Made by a program: the position numbers and the translations under genes. The notes below the pieces were generated by a model. The model saw only the letters and a program-made list of their open reading frames with translations. It searched no databases and was not told the DNA's origin. This document shows positions 37,421 to 50,170 of a stretch of DNA of 64,000 nucleotides, in pieces. The DNA lies in the NCBI GenBank assembly GCA_013239625.1, contig MU056000.1, positions 14,223,787 through 14,287,786 of the forward strand, read 5' to 3'. Origin of the DNA: Lama guanicoe. Its lineage: Eukaryota. The number at the start of each line of letters is the position of its first letter. Position 1 is the first letter of the stretch.

Positions 37421-40049
37421 TACTTATTGTTTAAGAATCTGGAATGTGCCTCAGACAGTGTGAGTTAAATATTTTTAATTGTTCAACAAGCACTGAAATC
37501 TGTCTCATTGATACACCTTCTGAAAAAAGAAGCTGTATAGTTATAAGGATGAAGCGTTTAGTTCTAAATAATGGAATCCAAAATAACTTCAAAGAAAAGT
37601 TGGCATAGGGAGAATTTTTTTATGAGAAGCAGTTGGAAAAGCTATTTTAGCCCAAGAAGTGGGGGCATGGCCAAAAGCGCAGTTAGCACGGTGAAGTGTT
37701 TCATTTGGACGAGGAGGGATCAAAAGCGGGCATGACACCAGGAGAGTCCCATTTGTAGGGTTCTTATCCTAACCATTTTCATGCTTGTCACCAAAGCACT
37801 CTCCCTGAAGCAAATTCTTCTTGCTGCTTTGTAGTGATGTAACAGAACTCCTCTGTAGTCATCGATTTAGATCCCACAAGAATGGGCAAAATAAAAAGAG
37901 ACTTTACTTCATTCTTTTACTTGGAGGACATACCAAGAGGCTCCCAAGGAGACTAAAATCAATTCTGAACTTCTCATTTGCATATTCTCACATAAGAGTG
38001 TCCATAAGGACTCTTACATTGCCTATTAAAGTAGATAAAACCATTTGAGTAAATATTGAATTAAGACAATGTCAAAATGACAACTAAATATTTCTGGTAG
38101 TTGTAAGGAATACCTTAGAGTGTGAAAACATGTGTACTACATTCAATACACTTTATATTTCTTGCCTATATCAGTGACACAAGACCTTAAGAAAAATATA
38201 ATTGTCATTCCTGTGAAGTTCTGAGTGTGTGTTTGAGACATTACCTGAAATTTCAGTGTTTCTGGCATCATCCATATTTTTAGGAAAAAAACTAGATTGG
38301 AAAGAGATTTTCAGTATTATTCAGGTTCTTTTTATTCTTAGAAGTTAAGGTTTGACTTCCCTAAACAAATACAATGAAGACTGGAATTCATCCTGAATTG
38401 CTTTAAAAGTCTGGAAATAATGAAAGTTTTAAAATAAAGTCACTGGAACTAACTGTATTTAAAAACACTAACCGTGAACAGCTTTATCAATGCTATACCA
38501 TCAGTTGCACCTTTTCCAAGGTTTGTGTGTATTTGTTTATATTTTTTAAAGTGCTTTGTAAGGTGTTGAGATGTTTTGGGGGCAACAAGAAATACTGATG
38601 AATTGATCACCCCACTATCTTAAAGAAGTCTACATAATATTAGTTGTCTTGATTTCATTTTTCAAAAGGACCATTAATTCTCAATGCCATTGATATTGTT
38701 CCAATAAAGGTTCTTTATGAATTGGATGTTTTCTATAATTAGCAAATAACAATCATTTGGGATTGCTTTCATAGCATTCAGAGCTTTTTAATATCCTTAT
38801 TCCAACTACAGGACTGTAGATGTCTCACTGGCATTTGAATATTTTTAAAAAATGTTTATAACTATAACATTTTGGATGATACTAAAATGTTATTAATATT
38901 TGCTATGAATAAGATGTCATTATTTTTATAAATGGATCTGAAAATGAAAACTTTAATAATTTGTCAACTTCCACATGATTTTAACTCAGAAGCATGTTCA
39001 TTATATAGCTATATATATCTATATGTCTATGAACTTAATTGTAATTTGTGAAGCTATAATACTGTTCTTATTGCAAAGGCAATCTACATAGGGGAAGGGG
39101 GTGCTAGATAGTTCAAATGTAGCAGAATAACATCACTAGGGTCCCTGGTTCAACGCAGGGAACGCTCTCACTGGGGCCACAGCTTACTGGGCTCTTTTCT
39201 CACTGAGTTCCTGTTTCACTCGGTTCTCTCTGTAGTTCTTAGTAGAGCTTATATGAATGGGCTTATAGTTATGACTCTGGTAAGGTCTGTATTACAGACA
39301 AAAAATAGGGCTTAACTTATTAGACTGATGACCGACAGATTTAGAAGGTCTTTGATTCTTTTTGTGTCTAGGACATTTGGGAAGATAAAGATTATTTTTA
39401 GGGTGTCTTAGTATCTGATTCAGTTTACTTGTACATTTATATCGATGGGCTAATATGATGAATTTATAGATACCATCCATATCAATAATAGTTAAGGCAT
39501 CTATTTCACCACATTCTCAATTTAGGCTTAAACATTCCAACATAGATATTACAAACAACCCTTAGGGTGCAACATAGGTATTTAAAATTCACACCTAATG
39601 AGCTACTTTTACATACCAAACCTTAAGGGAACCAAAAATTCTCTTTGTAACTCTCTTATTATAACTGTATTTTGAGACTAAAATTAGACTGTCACTTTGT
39701 TTTATGCAGCCAAGTGTTTTTGATGTGCTTTCCCCAAGTACTGTTAACAGTAAGGAAAGTTGTTTATGGTGAGATCCAAAATATTTTTAGATTACTTATT
39801 TAAGTCAATAGATACTCTGCTGCTTAATGTACCATTTTAGAGAGTGTATTGCACTGTGGTTGTATAAAAATACCAGTGATACAATATTCACAAAATTTCT
39901 CTGATACTTTGAGAGAATGAGAGCAGAGGTTCCTCAAATACGCCAGAGAGCTGAGCACTGCAGCAGTTTCAAATCAATGAGGTCAGTTAAGTCCAGTTGT
40001 GAATATTCAATTGCATCTCAAAATGTTTACAAGGGAAGGCTCTCTGCTA

Positions 40050-40330
40050 AGTCCTGTCTGTAATTTTAGGATACAAAAAAAAAAATTCATAGTCTCTGCA
40101 CCTATACCATCCATGGTGTATCGGAGAAGAAAGAGAGAGACAGATGGTGGAGGTTTAATACTGGCAATGTGATAAGTATTGCAAGGATGGCATGAAGTTA
40201 GGATGAAAACTCTTCCAAGAAGCAGCATCTAATCCAGTCTGAGAGGGACACAAAAATCTCCCCAGGGAAGATACACTGTGCTAACACCTGAAGGGTGGGT
40301 GAGGGATAATCATATCCTAGGGGCATGAGA
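40050..40330 (-). mobile_element. L2 remnant
   Basis: CATCTAATCCAGTCTGAGAGGG...CTCCCCAGGGAAGATACACTGTGCTAACACCTGAAGG is L2 antisense. Confidence 0.6.
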
Positions 40331-40589
40331 CAGCCAGAATCTTCCAAAGCAAACAAGTAGACCTACATTTTCACTTGTGTAATCAGAAAGCGAAGACACA
40401 AATGCTGGGATATGTAGCTGAAAAGTCAAAGACTGAGCGTAAGAAAGATTGTTACAGAGTCCTTCTACTGAGTCATTTTTCTCTAACATTAGAGCAGATT
40501 AAAAACGTTATAGATGGGGAAGAAGGGTAGAGGTAGTGGTGTGAATCCTGAAAGTTGGAGTCTCAGTCTGAGTAAACTCTGTTCAGAAA

Positions 40590-41790
40590 TAGTGGCAATG
40601 AGCCAGGCAGAGGCACACGGATAAACAGGTTATGTATTATCTGTTTACTTGCCAACTGAAGAAGTAGTTGATGATAGTAAAGTATTCAACTTTTGATCAT
40701 TTGGTCAGGAAAAAAATTTGTCTGAGTTCTGATCTCCCCTTTTCATGTAGAGATTTTTCCACAAGGACCAGGACATGCATATACTCCTTTAATGTGGATG
40801 GAGGGTATCTGGACTTCTATAGAGTTGGAGATAAGATGAAAGGAAAGAATATATCCTGGATTAAAAGTGTCAACAGGAATAAGTACAGAATCTTGTAGAG
40901 TGGGGACAGGAGTAGAATGAACCAGGGTTTTTGATGGAAATTCTAACAACCTCTGTGTATGATAGATTTGCATTTCATGCTGATTACAAACCCTGGTTCA
41001 GAAATGGAGATAATGCATATTTAGCCATGAGACCACGGGCTGTGTTACTTGTGTCAAGTTTCCCACAGCCCCATATTGATAAAAGGGTAATCCAATATTT
41101 AGTCTGTGCTCTGAACTAGACAAATAAGAGAGAAACAGAACTGGTATACTCCAAGAAGGCGAAGTGACTGAGCATACACCATCTATCAGAGGGATGTGGT
41201 ACAAACGGCACATACTATGGGTCAAGAGCATGTAACAACTACATCTCTGAGCAGCAGTCATGTATGTGAGCCAGTATCACAGCTGATCAACCATCAAGGT
41301 GCTAGATCTAGGACGATGGAAAGATTAATACCATGTTTACACATGTGGCAAAGAAAAATGAGGATTTAGAGTTAAATTAAGATACTGCTTTCAAGAGGTA
41401 TCTAATATGTGAATGATAGTTTTTGTACAATTACTGAATGTATTTGAGATGATTCACATGTCAGTTACCATTCTGTGATAGAGAACAGAATAGAGCATCG
41501 AATCAATAATGAAAAAATGAAATAAAGAAATCATGAAAGTTTGCCAGGGACTACTGAACATCTCCACCATGCACTGGAGATAATGAGCTTGTATTCCACC
41601 AGCAGAATGGTGAAAGTTTGACTCATCAACATGCAGGTGTTTTGCCCATTTGACATGGTAAAAACACAAGGGAGTTGGCGTCTGTAAAACCGAATAAGAT
41701 TATAGATGAATGAGATTTTCACAGACAATGAAAAATTTTAAAACAAGGGATTGAAGGTCTCGGGAAGATGGAAATGTGGAAGGACAAACA
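40590..41790 (+). mobile_element. Putative highly decayed, internally deleted Gypsy-type LTR retrotransposon internal region (MamGyp-like)
   Basis: PBS-like TGGCAATGAGCCAGGCAG at 40593; frameshifted motif series TGD, IPPA, AGV, VK..GSWRL, DYR at 41573-41706; purine tract then TGTGG at 41762-41779. Confidence 0.5.
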
Positions 41791-43769
41791 GTGGTCGAAG
41801 TATAAAGGGAAGATACTGACCTCTACCTGTTCAACTGAGGTTTTTGAAAACAAATTCTTTACAAACACCCATACATGCAGTCACTCAGAGTGTTAGTCAT
41901 AACAGAAGACATGGAAAGAGATAGCTTCCCATGGTCCAATTTTAAGTGAAACGTAGGGTATCTAGCCTTTGTCCCAGGAAGAATGTGTTAGTGCTATCTT
42001 AGACTTATTGTAAATTTCTGGGCAAGGGTTGCAGTCTCCTACTTTAATTCATAAACTCGTATGGTTCATGAGTGCTAATTTATCTTTTATAGACCATGGC
42101 CCCATGGCTAGTTGTTTGTAGTTTCCAAGTCATGTTAGAATTGCCTACGAGTAAATAGAAAACAACAATTAGTTATTTATAGGTATTGTAAATGTACATT
42201 TTAATAATAATGTCCTTTATTTGGTTTTCTCTTTCTCATTTCTCACTGCCCCTTTTCCAGGTAAATGGCATTATCAAAAGAAGATTGTCCATATTGTCAA
42301 TAATTTTAGAAATGCATTCTCAAAATTCCTTGGGGAAAGAAATTGAAGATTTGTTAAAAAAATTAGAAGTCTCACTTAAAATATCAAATAATTTTTCAGT
42401 CAGTATGCTCAGTATCTTTACTTCTGTTCACTGACCTAAATTTAACTTTGTAAATCTTTTTGAGGACTTCATTAATTATTTATGGATAAAGTGAGAACTT
42501 TTGGCATTTTGTAAACATTGTTGAATTCTCTTTCCTGTACACTGTTTCTTTTCCAATACTTTCAGGAGCCTTTTTATATAATCAAATTTCAACTTAAACC
42601 ACATTAGTCAAAACCTGGCTAAGTTTAGCTAGTGGGGCTGTTACTGGTATTGTTAACTTCTGTGCCAGATTTTGAATTGCAACATTATGCTGAGTATAAC
42701 TTTGCAAGTCACGATACTGTATAAGTGCTTGTCATAATTTGGAGCTGAATAGTTGTAAAAATTACCTTTCTTTAAATCAGTATTTTTATTTCTGTATACC
42801 AATATGAAATGTTAAATAAACCACTAAATACAAAAAAGTCCTCAAATACTTTAGGAAGGAAAATTAGCTTTAGCAAAGCCTTGTTTTTTTTCTTTTTCCT
42901 TTTTTTCTTTACTTAAATTCAGGTCTTTATATTGCCAGATTGGGAAGAAAATAAAAATTCTCTTCAAGTTCAATATATAAGGACATTTTCACTTCCAGAA
43001 AAAAAGTCAAGTTTGCTCTTTTTGGTTAGCTCTTCTGTTTCACTTCCTTATGCTATTGAGGAAAGAAATGCTATTTTCATGAATACTATGGACTAATAGC
43101 TTAACAACCCACTCATGAATTTATTAAAAAGTGAAATTTCCTTAGTAGAAAGCAAAAAGTCACACAAAACTAAAATTGATAAAGCCCACAAAACACAAAC
43201 ATTAAAATGTCTCTTACATATAAAAACATCACTAAACTTTCCATATCACATACACTTTTGAAAGGCTGAATTATTTTGAAATTGCTTTGAATAGAGAAAG
43301 AAGTGGGGTGTCACACAAGTGGCCACAATTGGTGCAGTATATTGGAAGAACTAGTTCTTTCTGTAGGAACAGATTGGTGAAGATACCATATTTAAGGCGT
43401 GCAGTTTGGAGAAGGTGGATAAGCAAAAATCAAGGCTTAGTTTCTTGAGTCTTGAAACAAGAAATGAGCATCTCTCAGAAGGCCTTATAATGCAAGTAAG
43501 AAAGATGAAGCAGAAAAGGATACCAAGTGGATATACACTTTCCTATTAAGCACATTGTTAGGGATTATCATTCCACTTTGTGAACTGGAACTGGGCTCCA
43601 TGCTTTATCCTTTACGATTATATGAAAAATACATATAATAAATGTACAGGTCTTCATTCACTGTATGAGTTCAATGTCGTCAACAAGATCTTGACCACAG
43701 GATTCATTTGAAGGCAAGAGAAAGAGAGAGAGATTTGGGCAGGAAGAGGGCAAGAGAGATAGTTGATTA

Positions 43770-43985
43770 GCAAGTAATGCCTATGTGTGTTTACTATATG
43801 TCAGAATATTACTAAACACTTTAGAGTATTCAACATTTGATTTTCATAACAACATGAGGAAGGTACTATTATTATATTCTTATCACGGCTGGAACTGAGA
43901 AACTAGGAGGTTAAGTAACTTGCCAATGTCACATAGATGTGGGCCCACGTGCCCAATACAGGCATGCTAGATCCACAGTTTATAC
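43770..43985 (-). mobile_element. MIR SINE
   Basis: TCATAACAACATGAGGAAGGTACTATTATT...GGAGGTTAAGTAACTTGCCAATGTCACATAG. Confidence 0.88.
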
Positions 43986-44412
43986 ACTTAAACATTCCCT
44001 GGTTGGGCCCATATTAAAATGATATAGGTAGAGATACAGGGATTATAATAAGTGAAGTTATGCTCAATATCCAACTGAAATAGACATAGAGCTTTTAGAC
44101 TCCACGGCATGACTTTTTGAAACAAAATTCTGCTGCCCAGAGTAGAATAAACATGCAATGCATTTATCACTTGAAGAGTTTTTTTTTATTGTGCTTTGCT
44201 TACAAGTAGGTATGATCCAGAATTTATGTATATAAAATGAAATAAAACATTTTGTTTAATAATAAAAAAATTTTTAGTATCTGAGTATAAAGCGATCTTA
44301 AGAAAATAAAAAAAGGGATGAGATATTTATGGTAGACATTTTTTTCCTTTTTGTAGAATAGGTTTCCTAAAGCAATACTGTAAAGTTATAGATGCAATTA
44401 ATAAGACACTGA

Positions 44413-44636
44413 GATTTGCAAATGTTAGCCTCTATATAGAAGAATAGATAAAACAAAGGTCTCTTCTCTATAGCACAAGGAACTATATTCAATATCTTGT
44501 AATAACTTTTAATGAAAAAGTATATGAAAGTGAATACATGTATGTATATCCATGGTTGGGAGATTGTGCTGTACACAAGAAATTGACACATTGTAACTGA
44601 CTGTATTTCAATCAAAAAAGAAAAAAGAAAAAAAAC
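44413..44636 (+). mobile_element. 5'-truncated L1 3' end
   Basis: TATAGCACAAGGAACTATATTCAATATCTTGTAATAAC...GAAATTGACACATTGTAACTGACTGTATTTCAAT plus A tail; short direct repeat ACACTGA at 44406-44412 and 44637-44643. Confidence 0.9.
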
Positions 44637-46579
44637 ACACTGAATGTGAGAAGAATCCAGAGTTTTATTTCAGGGAATGAAAATGAGTAACTAGAACATT
44701 CAGATCAGGCAGAAACAAAGTTTCAGCACCTTAGAGACAAGACCATTAAGTGAGTCACCTGAGAATAAGGCATCGGTAATGAACTTGAGGAGGTGAACAA
44801 CGTCTTAGCATTTTCATGGTATTCAGCACCAAGAAAATATCACTAAACAAAGAATAAGTATTGTACTGATTATATCTAGAAATAAAATAAAAATAGTAAT
44901 GTAATTTGAAGCACAGGACAGTAAAATTAAGGAATGCTTGCTTAGTATTGACATAGAGAGATGACTTCTAAATGAATGGAGTTTGCATATATTTTACTGA
45001 TGATATGTAATGATGCAAAGCATCACAGAATGACACATCATCTCTGTAAATGTTTTAATTCTATGAGACTATTGGAGAACAACATAAAAGATCACTCACA
45101 GGCATTTGGGAAGAAATACACATTATTTTTTTTCCCAATAAGAACAAGCCGTGCACACAGCAGTTGATAAATACTTGCCTAATAAAAATAGTATGGTTAA
45201 GGTAATTTTATCCCCAGAAAATAACCACTTTAGGGATATCACAAGGCAATTGATTTTCAGCACATTACAAAAAGGACAGTTTTGTTTTGCAAAGGAGTAA
45301 TCACAGGCATCTATTATTCCTATTTTTATTATTTATGTCTTCCTCTACTACTCACCAGTAATCTATGTTCCACTGAAAATCTTCTATTTTTATAACTTAA
45401 ACACCACAAAGCACTCTGAATATTGACTCCTCCCTTGAGTTCATATTTAGTAAGGATCTGTTGTTTCTCTGTTGCTACATTATATATTTTTCATGTGCTA
45501 GTTTCAGGAAGATGACTCCATGAAAATAATAGTAAGGAAGCAGAGAATAAGTCTTGTGATCTATTCGGCCAACATAAGAATTACGGAATACATAGATTCT
45601 ATAAAATCTAGTAAAACTGATTGTTCCTACTCTGATATTTAGGTGAGTGATAGTAACATCTGCTCTTGAGGGGATTATATAAATATTTTAAAAAATCAAG
45701 GTATCAAATAAATATATAAGATTTGGCCCTAAGAATATAGGGCAGCTACAAAAAGACATTCTTTGCTGCATAATTTAACCAGACCCACACTTTTAATGTA
45801 AAGGATCAATTAGCTAGCTGAACCCTTCCAAATATTCCCCTTAAATTGATGTTACAGTTTAAAAGTAATTGTTCATTTTGGAAAGAATTTCAACAATTTA
45901 CGCAAACCCTGAAAAAAAAAAGATTGAAATATAAAAATGAATAAAAACCACAGGACTCAAAAGCTTTTTACCAGAGATAATTTAAACTTCATATATTTTA
46001 TATAGGTTATTAATGTAAAGGAACTCCACGCAAAGCTACTTTGAAATTAGAAAGGAAAAAATATCATTCATACATAATTGCCTAGATTTTCCAATGGTCT
46101 GTATTTCTACTTTAGTATAAGATTGCTGTCTTCTAACATCTCTCATAGAGCTTGCCGTGTAGAAACATTTGTGGTGGATAAGTTATATCAGATAGGTGAA
46201 GGATCATTTTCAAACTCTGCGGAAATAACTCAATTTTATACCACAGAATCTATCTATAGTATTTGCTACAGATTTTTCCTCATTTTTTAAAACTTTAAAA
46301 TGTACTAAACTTAATAGAGTAACTTCTGCCCAAATGTTTCTGCTCCCTCTTGGAATTCCTTTCTGTATTGATGACATCATTCTGATCTGACATCTTCTTC
46401 TGCATCCTTTCCTACTTTCAGTTAATTTTGGTTACGTCTCTATTTCAGGGATGTCTCTCCAATCAAGTCCCACAGTCTAACATGCACAGCCCTCAGCGTT
46501 GCCTGTGCAAAGGCACTTACCACGTCTCTACTGTGAGTGACGGGACCTGCTGGCCCCTTTCCCTATCACTCTCATTTAA

Positions 46580-47020
46580 TTGTTTATATTGTTCCTTAGA
46601 CGGAGTTCTTAGATATAGAAAAAGAGATCTATTCTAACAGGTTAAAGAAGAAAGGGCATTATTAGGCTGTACATCTAACTCATAGAATCTTTAATGGGGC
46701 TAAAACAACAGACTGTGCTGAGCTTCCGTGAAGAATTCCCCACCACAGAACTGCACTATCAAATGAGCAGCTTTGGCTTGATCATGACAGTAATCACTCC
46801 AGAGTCAGGTTACCTGTGATCTAAGACAATAAAATCTGTCTCTGTCTCTCTCCCTAACCAATTTAACTCTGTGCAGCCTCTCATTAGTGCACTGATTCGA
46901 GAATGTCAAATTCCACCTGGAATTCTTGTAAAAGAATTCTCGTAAAACTGGGAAAAGCAGTTTTTAGTTTTCCAACCAAGACAGTACAAGGAGGGGTGCT
47001 GGTTAGAGTGAGTGTTAAAC
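46580..47020 (-). mobile_element. Old MaLR LTR remnant (late-letter MLT1 type)
   Basis: AACTGGGAAAAGCAGTTTTTAGTTTTCCAACC and AAAGGGCATTATTAGGCTG...CTCATAGAATC resemble old MLT1 antisense. Confidence 0.5.
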
Positions 47021-47239
47021 GAGTGAATTTATAACATCCATCACATATTGCAAACAAAATTCTATTTTTAAAACATAATCTCATCATGAAACAACCATAC
47101 TTCTGCTGAAATGTTTTCATTAAACATTGTCTAAAGGCTAAAATTCAAACTTATTAATATTTCTTTACATAGCCATTGATGTGCTCAAAAACTTTCTATA
47201 GAGTTCAATTCTGCTTAGTCTTCTTCTAGCCTCCTGTAA

Positions 47240-47820
47240 GGAATACAGCATGGCTCCATGCCATCAAAGGGTTTAATCTGTAGGCAGGTGCTATGTAAAA
47301 TAAGTACTAAGCAAAGTGAGCCGGGATGATATGACGGTGTTGAGTAAAATGTCCTGTGAGACCTGAAGGGAGTAATGTGAGCTTAAGAAAGTGAAGGTGA
47401 GAAAACTGTTTAAAGAGCAAGGGGCATTTCAGCAAGTTTTGGAACCGCAAAAATGTATCGGCCTGGTTGCCAAGTGATCATGGCGTAGAGAAACAAAGAC
47501 AAGCAGAATCCATAGACTTACGTAAAGATATGAGAATCTGGAATATGTAAGAAAAAGAAAATGTTAGAGAAGGTAAGTTTTTAGGAATGGCAACAAATTT
47601 GGTTCTGTATGTTGACAGGATGGCAATCAGCAGATGAAGAATCTCATTGGCCCTACTAAAGGGTTTTAATGGTGTCCTACAAATGGTTGAGAACTTCTGA
47701 AGGAGTTTGAACAAAGACGTGAAGACAAGGTGAAGTTTTTTCGGTCGGTATGATGGGGTATAGAATGAACAAATGGCAGGGCTAAAGCCATGTAGAACAC
47801 TTAGAAGCAATTATTCTAGG
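47240..47820 (-). mobile_element. L2 remnant
   Basis: Purine-rich L2 antisense blocks (GAACTTCTGAAGGAGTTTGAACAAAGACGTGA...TTAGAAGCAATT). Confidence 0.55.
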
Positions 47821-47949
47821 ATCAGATTCAAATTCAGACATTGGCCTTGGGTATTGGAAGGACCCAGTGCTTTGTAACCAAACGAGGATGTATGAAGATC
47901 ATAACTCAACATGGCTGGTCTTCAGGACTGTGGCTTATTTACTAATACT

Positions 47950-48290
47950 GTCCCCTAGCCTACTCCAGTGATTCTGAACTAATCACCTTTCTCGGGCCAC
48001 GCCTTTTGTTTCACGCCTTTGTACATTCTTTTCCCTCTGCCTAGGATAGCCTGCCACTCCTCTCTGCTCAATTTTCTATCTAACAAGATCCAGCTCAAAA
48101 GGGCTTTGCTGTTGTAAATCTCCTTTCACGCTCCAAGGCAGTGACAAACATTCCTTCTTCACTGCATGAAGAATTCTGCCTTCTTTCCTAAATAAAAGTA
48201 CAGGTTTGATTACACATTAAGTTTTGTTTGTGGTCTACATTCCCATTTGGATGTGTCTAAGGGACACAGACTATGTTTTCACTTGTTGAA
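47950..48290 (+). mobile_element. L2 3' remnant
   Basis: GCCTTTGTACATTCTTTTCCCTCTGCCTAGGAT...CAAGATCCAGCTCAAA...AAGGGACACAGACTATGTTTT. Confidence 0.7.
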
Positions 48291-49204
48291 GGTAACAGAA
48301 TTGAGAAATGTAGAAAATTCATATAAATTAAGGTAAAGTGTACAGATTTTTCTAGGATATATAGGAAAGCCTACGAAAAACACCAAGATAATTAACATGT
48401 GAAAAGATTTCCAACTTCTCCATTCTCTTTTTATACTTAATTTGTCATGTTTCCATTTAGGGAATATTGATATAAACATACAATGTATTTTCAAACTAGT
48501 GGGTGTGACAATGACCACAGTTTAATCATTTGGTTAATTAGCAAAGGCAAATCAGCATTTTATTTTGGTCTTTGGCCAAACCTGAGGGGTTTGTACTTTT
48601 TAAATATGATTTTCTTTTCCTATCAACAGAATAATGTCTGGTGAAGGCCCAGGTCATTTTTAACCACTGTAATTTCCTCTTAAATCAGTTTTCTTGTCCT
48701 ACACTTCATTTTCCTTTAATCAGTTCAGACCTTACCCATTGTTAGTACCAATTCAAAATTATAATGTTTAAGCCTGTTTTCTAGGGTAGCCAGGCAGCAA
48801 GTTATCTTACACCACAACTTCCCTTATGCACTCCTACAACTATCCATTTATCACTTGGTCCCTTTTCCAAAGCAATAACTTCTGCTCGGAAATATGTTCT
48901 ATTAAATATCCACCAAATATCAAGTGCAAGACAAATCTTATTTTTGAATCATTTTCTTCATAAAAGGTAGTAAAATAATACAATATTCTAAAATATTGCT
49001 GGCTTTTCTATTCTATACTTTTACACAAGTTAAGTGGACTCGTGCACCACTCCTTCTTAAGTAATTTAATATTTTTGATTCATGTTGGTAATCTGACCTT
49101 GGTTTGTATTTAGAAAAATATTGTAAGAGCTTATTGCCTTTCTGTGACAGGAGGACAGACTGAAGAAGCCTGTTGTATGGGAATATGTGGGGGGTGGATT
49201 TGTG

Positions 49205-49400
49205 ACCCAGAAGCTCTGATCTTTGGTGAAATCATGACTTCACAAATTAGTTGCTCTGTGACAATTGATGAATTACTCACAATCTCTAAGCTTTAGATTT
49301 CTCAAATGTGAAAAAAAAAAAAGACAATGTCTTTTTCATGGAATTCCTGCAAGGTTTAGGAATAATATAAGTAGCAAGACTAGAAACTAGTCAGAAAATA
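49205..49400 (+). mobile_element. MIR SINE
   Basis: TTAGTTGCTCTGTGACAATTGATGAATTACTCACAATCTCTAAGCTTTAGATTTCTCAAATGTGAAA. Confidence 0.8.
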
Positions 49401-49954
49401 TTTATATCACATAAAACTATCCAATAATATACATTGGTTACATCTGCACGTATATATGCATAGTAGTTCTAGTTTTCCATCAGGTAGAAAAACATAAATG
49501 TCTTTGTTTTCTAGCTTGGAACTCTCCTTATAACAGCCATATTAAGGTAAAAATCAAGCAGTAAACCCCAGGTCAACACTGGGAATGTGTAAATTCGGTA
49601 TATTGAAAATAAAAAGAAAGTTCTGGCTAAAAAATAACTTTACACAATAGAATTTGGACTTTAAGAATCAACAAAATGATGTTTTCTCATGAAGATTATC
49701 TCAAGTTGCTTTTATAAATGAATAAATCTGTTCATTTTTTATATATGCTTAAATCATGTGTTTAAATATGAAAATAACTCCCTAACATTCATGGAGGTTA
49801 ACATGTAACACAGCATGAGGAGTACGTTTGACTACAAAGTACAATATTCTACATACATGTGTAATCTGCCATTTTTATCCATTTTGACAAATAGTTCAAT
49901 GCTTAAAATACATGTTGATGAAAAAGAAAGTTTAGTGTAAACGTGGGGTCTGGG

Positions 49955-50170
49955 ATTTAGCATTTACTGAGAACTTTTAAACAGCCCATCCAGTGTTGGA
50001 TGACTTTACCTATATTACAATTAATCAGACCTTCAAGCATTACTGAAGGAGGTACCAATTTCCTCCATTTTATACAGGAGGGAAGGAAGCTCTGTGAGGT
50101 GAAGAAAGTTATTTCTGGCAAAGTGGTGTGGTAAGTGGTGAAGGTGAGACTTGACCTTGGCTGCTAGACT
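49955..50170 (-). mobile_element. MIR SINE
   Basis: TAGCATTTACTGAGAAC...CTCCATTTTATACAGGAGGGAAGGAAGCTCTGTGAGGTGAAG. Confidence 0.8.

Noticed and set aside
44721..44745. REST/NRSE-like TTCAGCACC half site
   Set aside because: The right half and spacing do not fit the canonical GGACAG motif.
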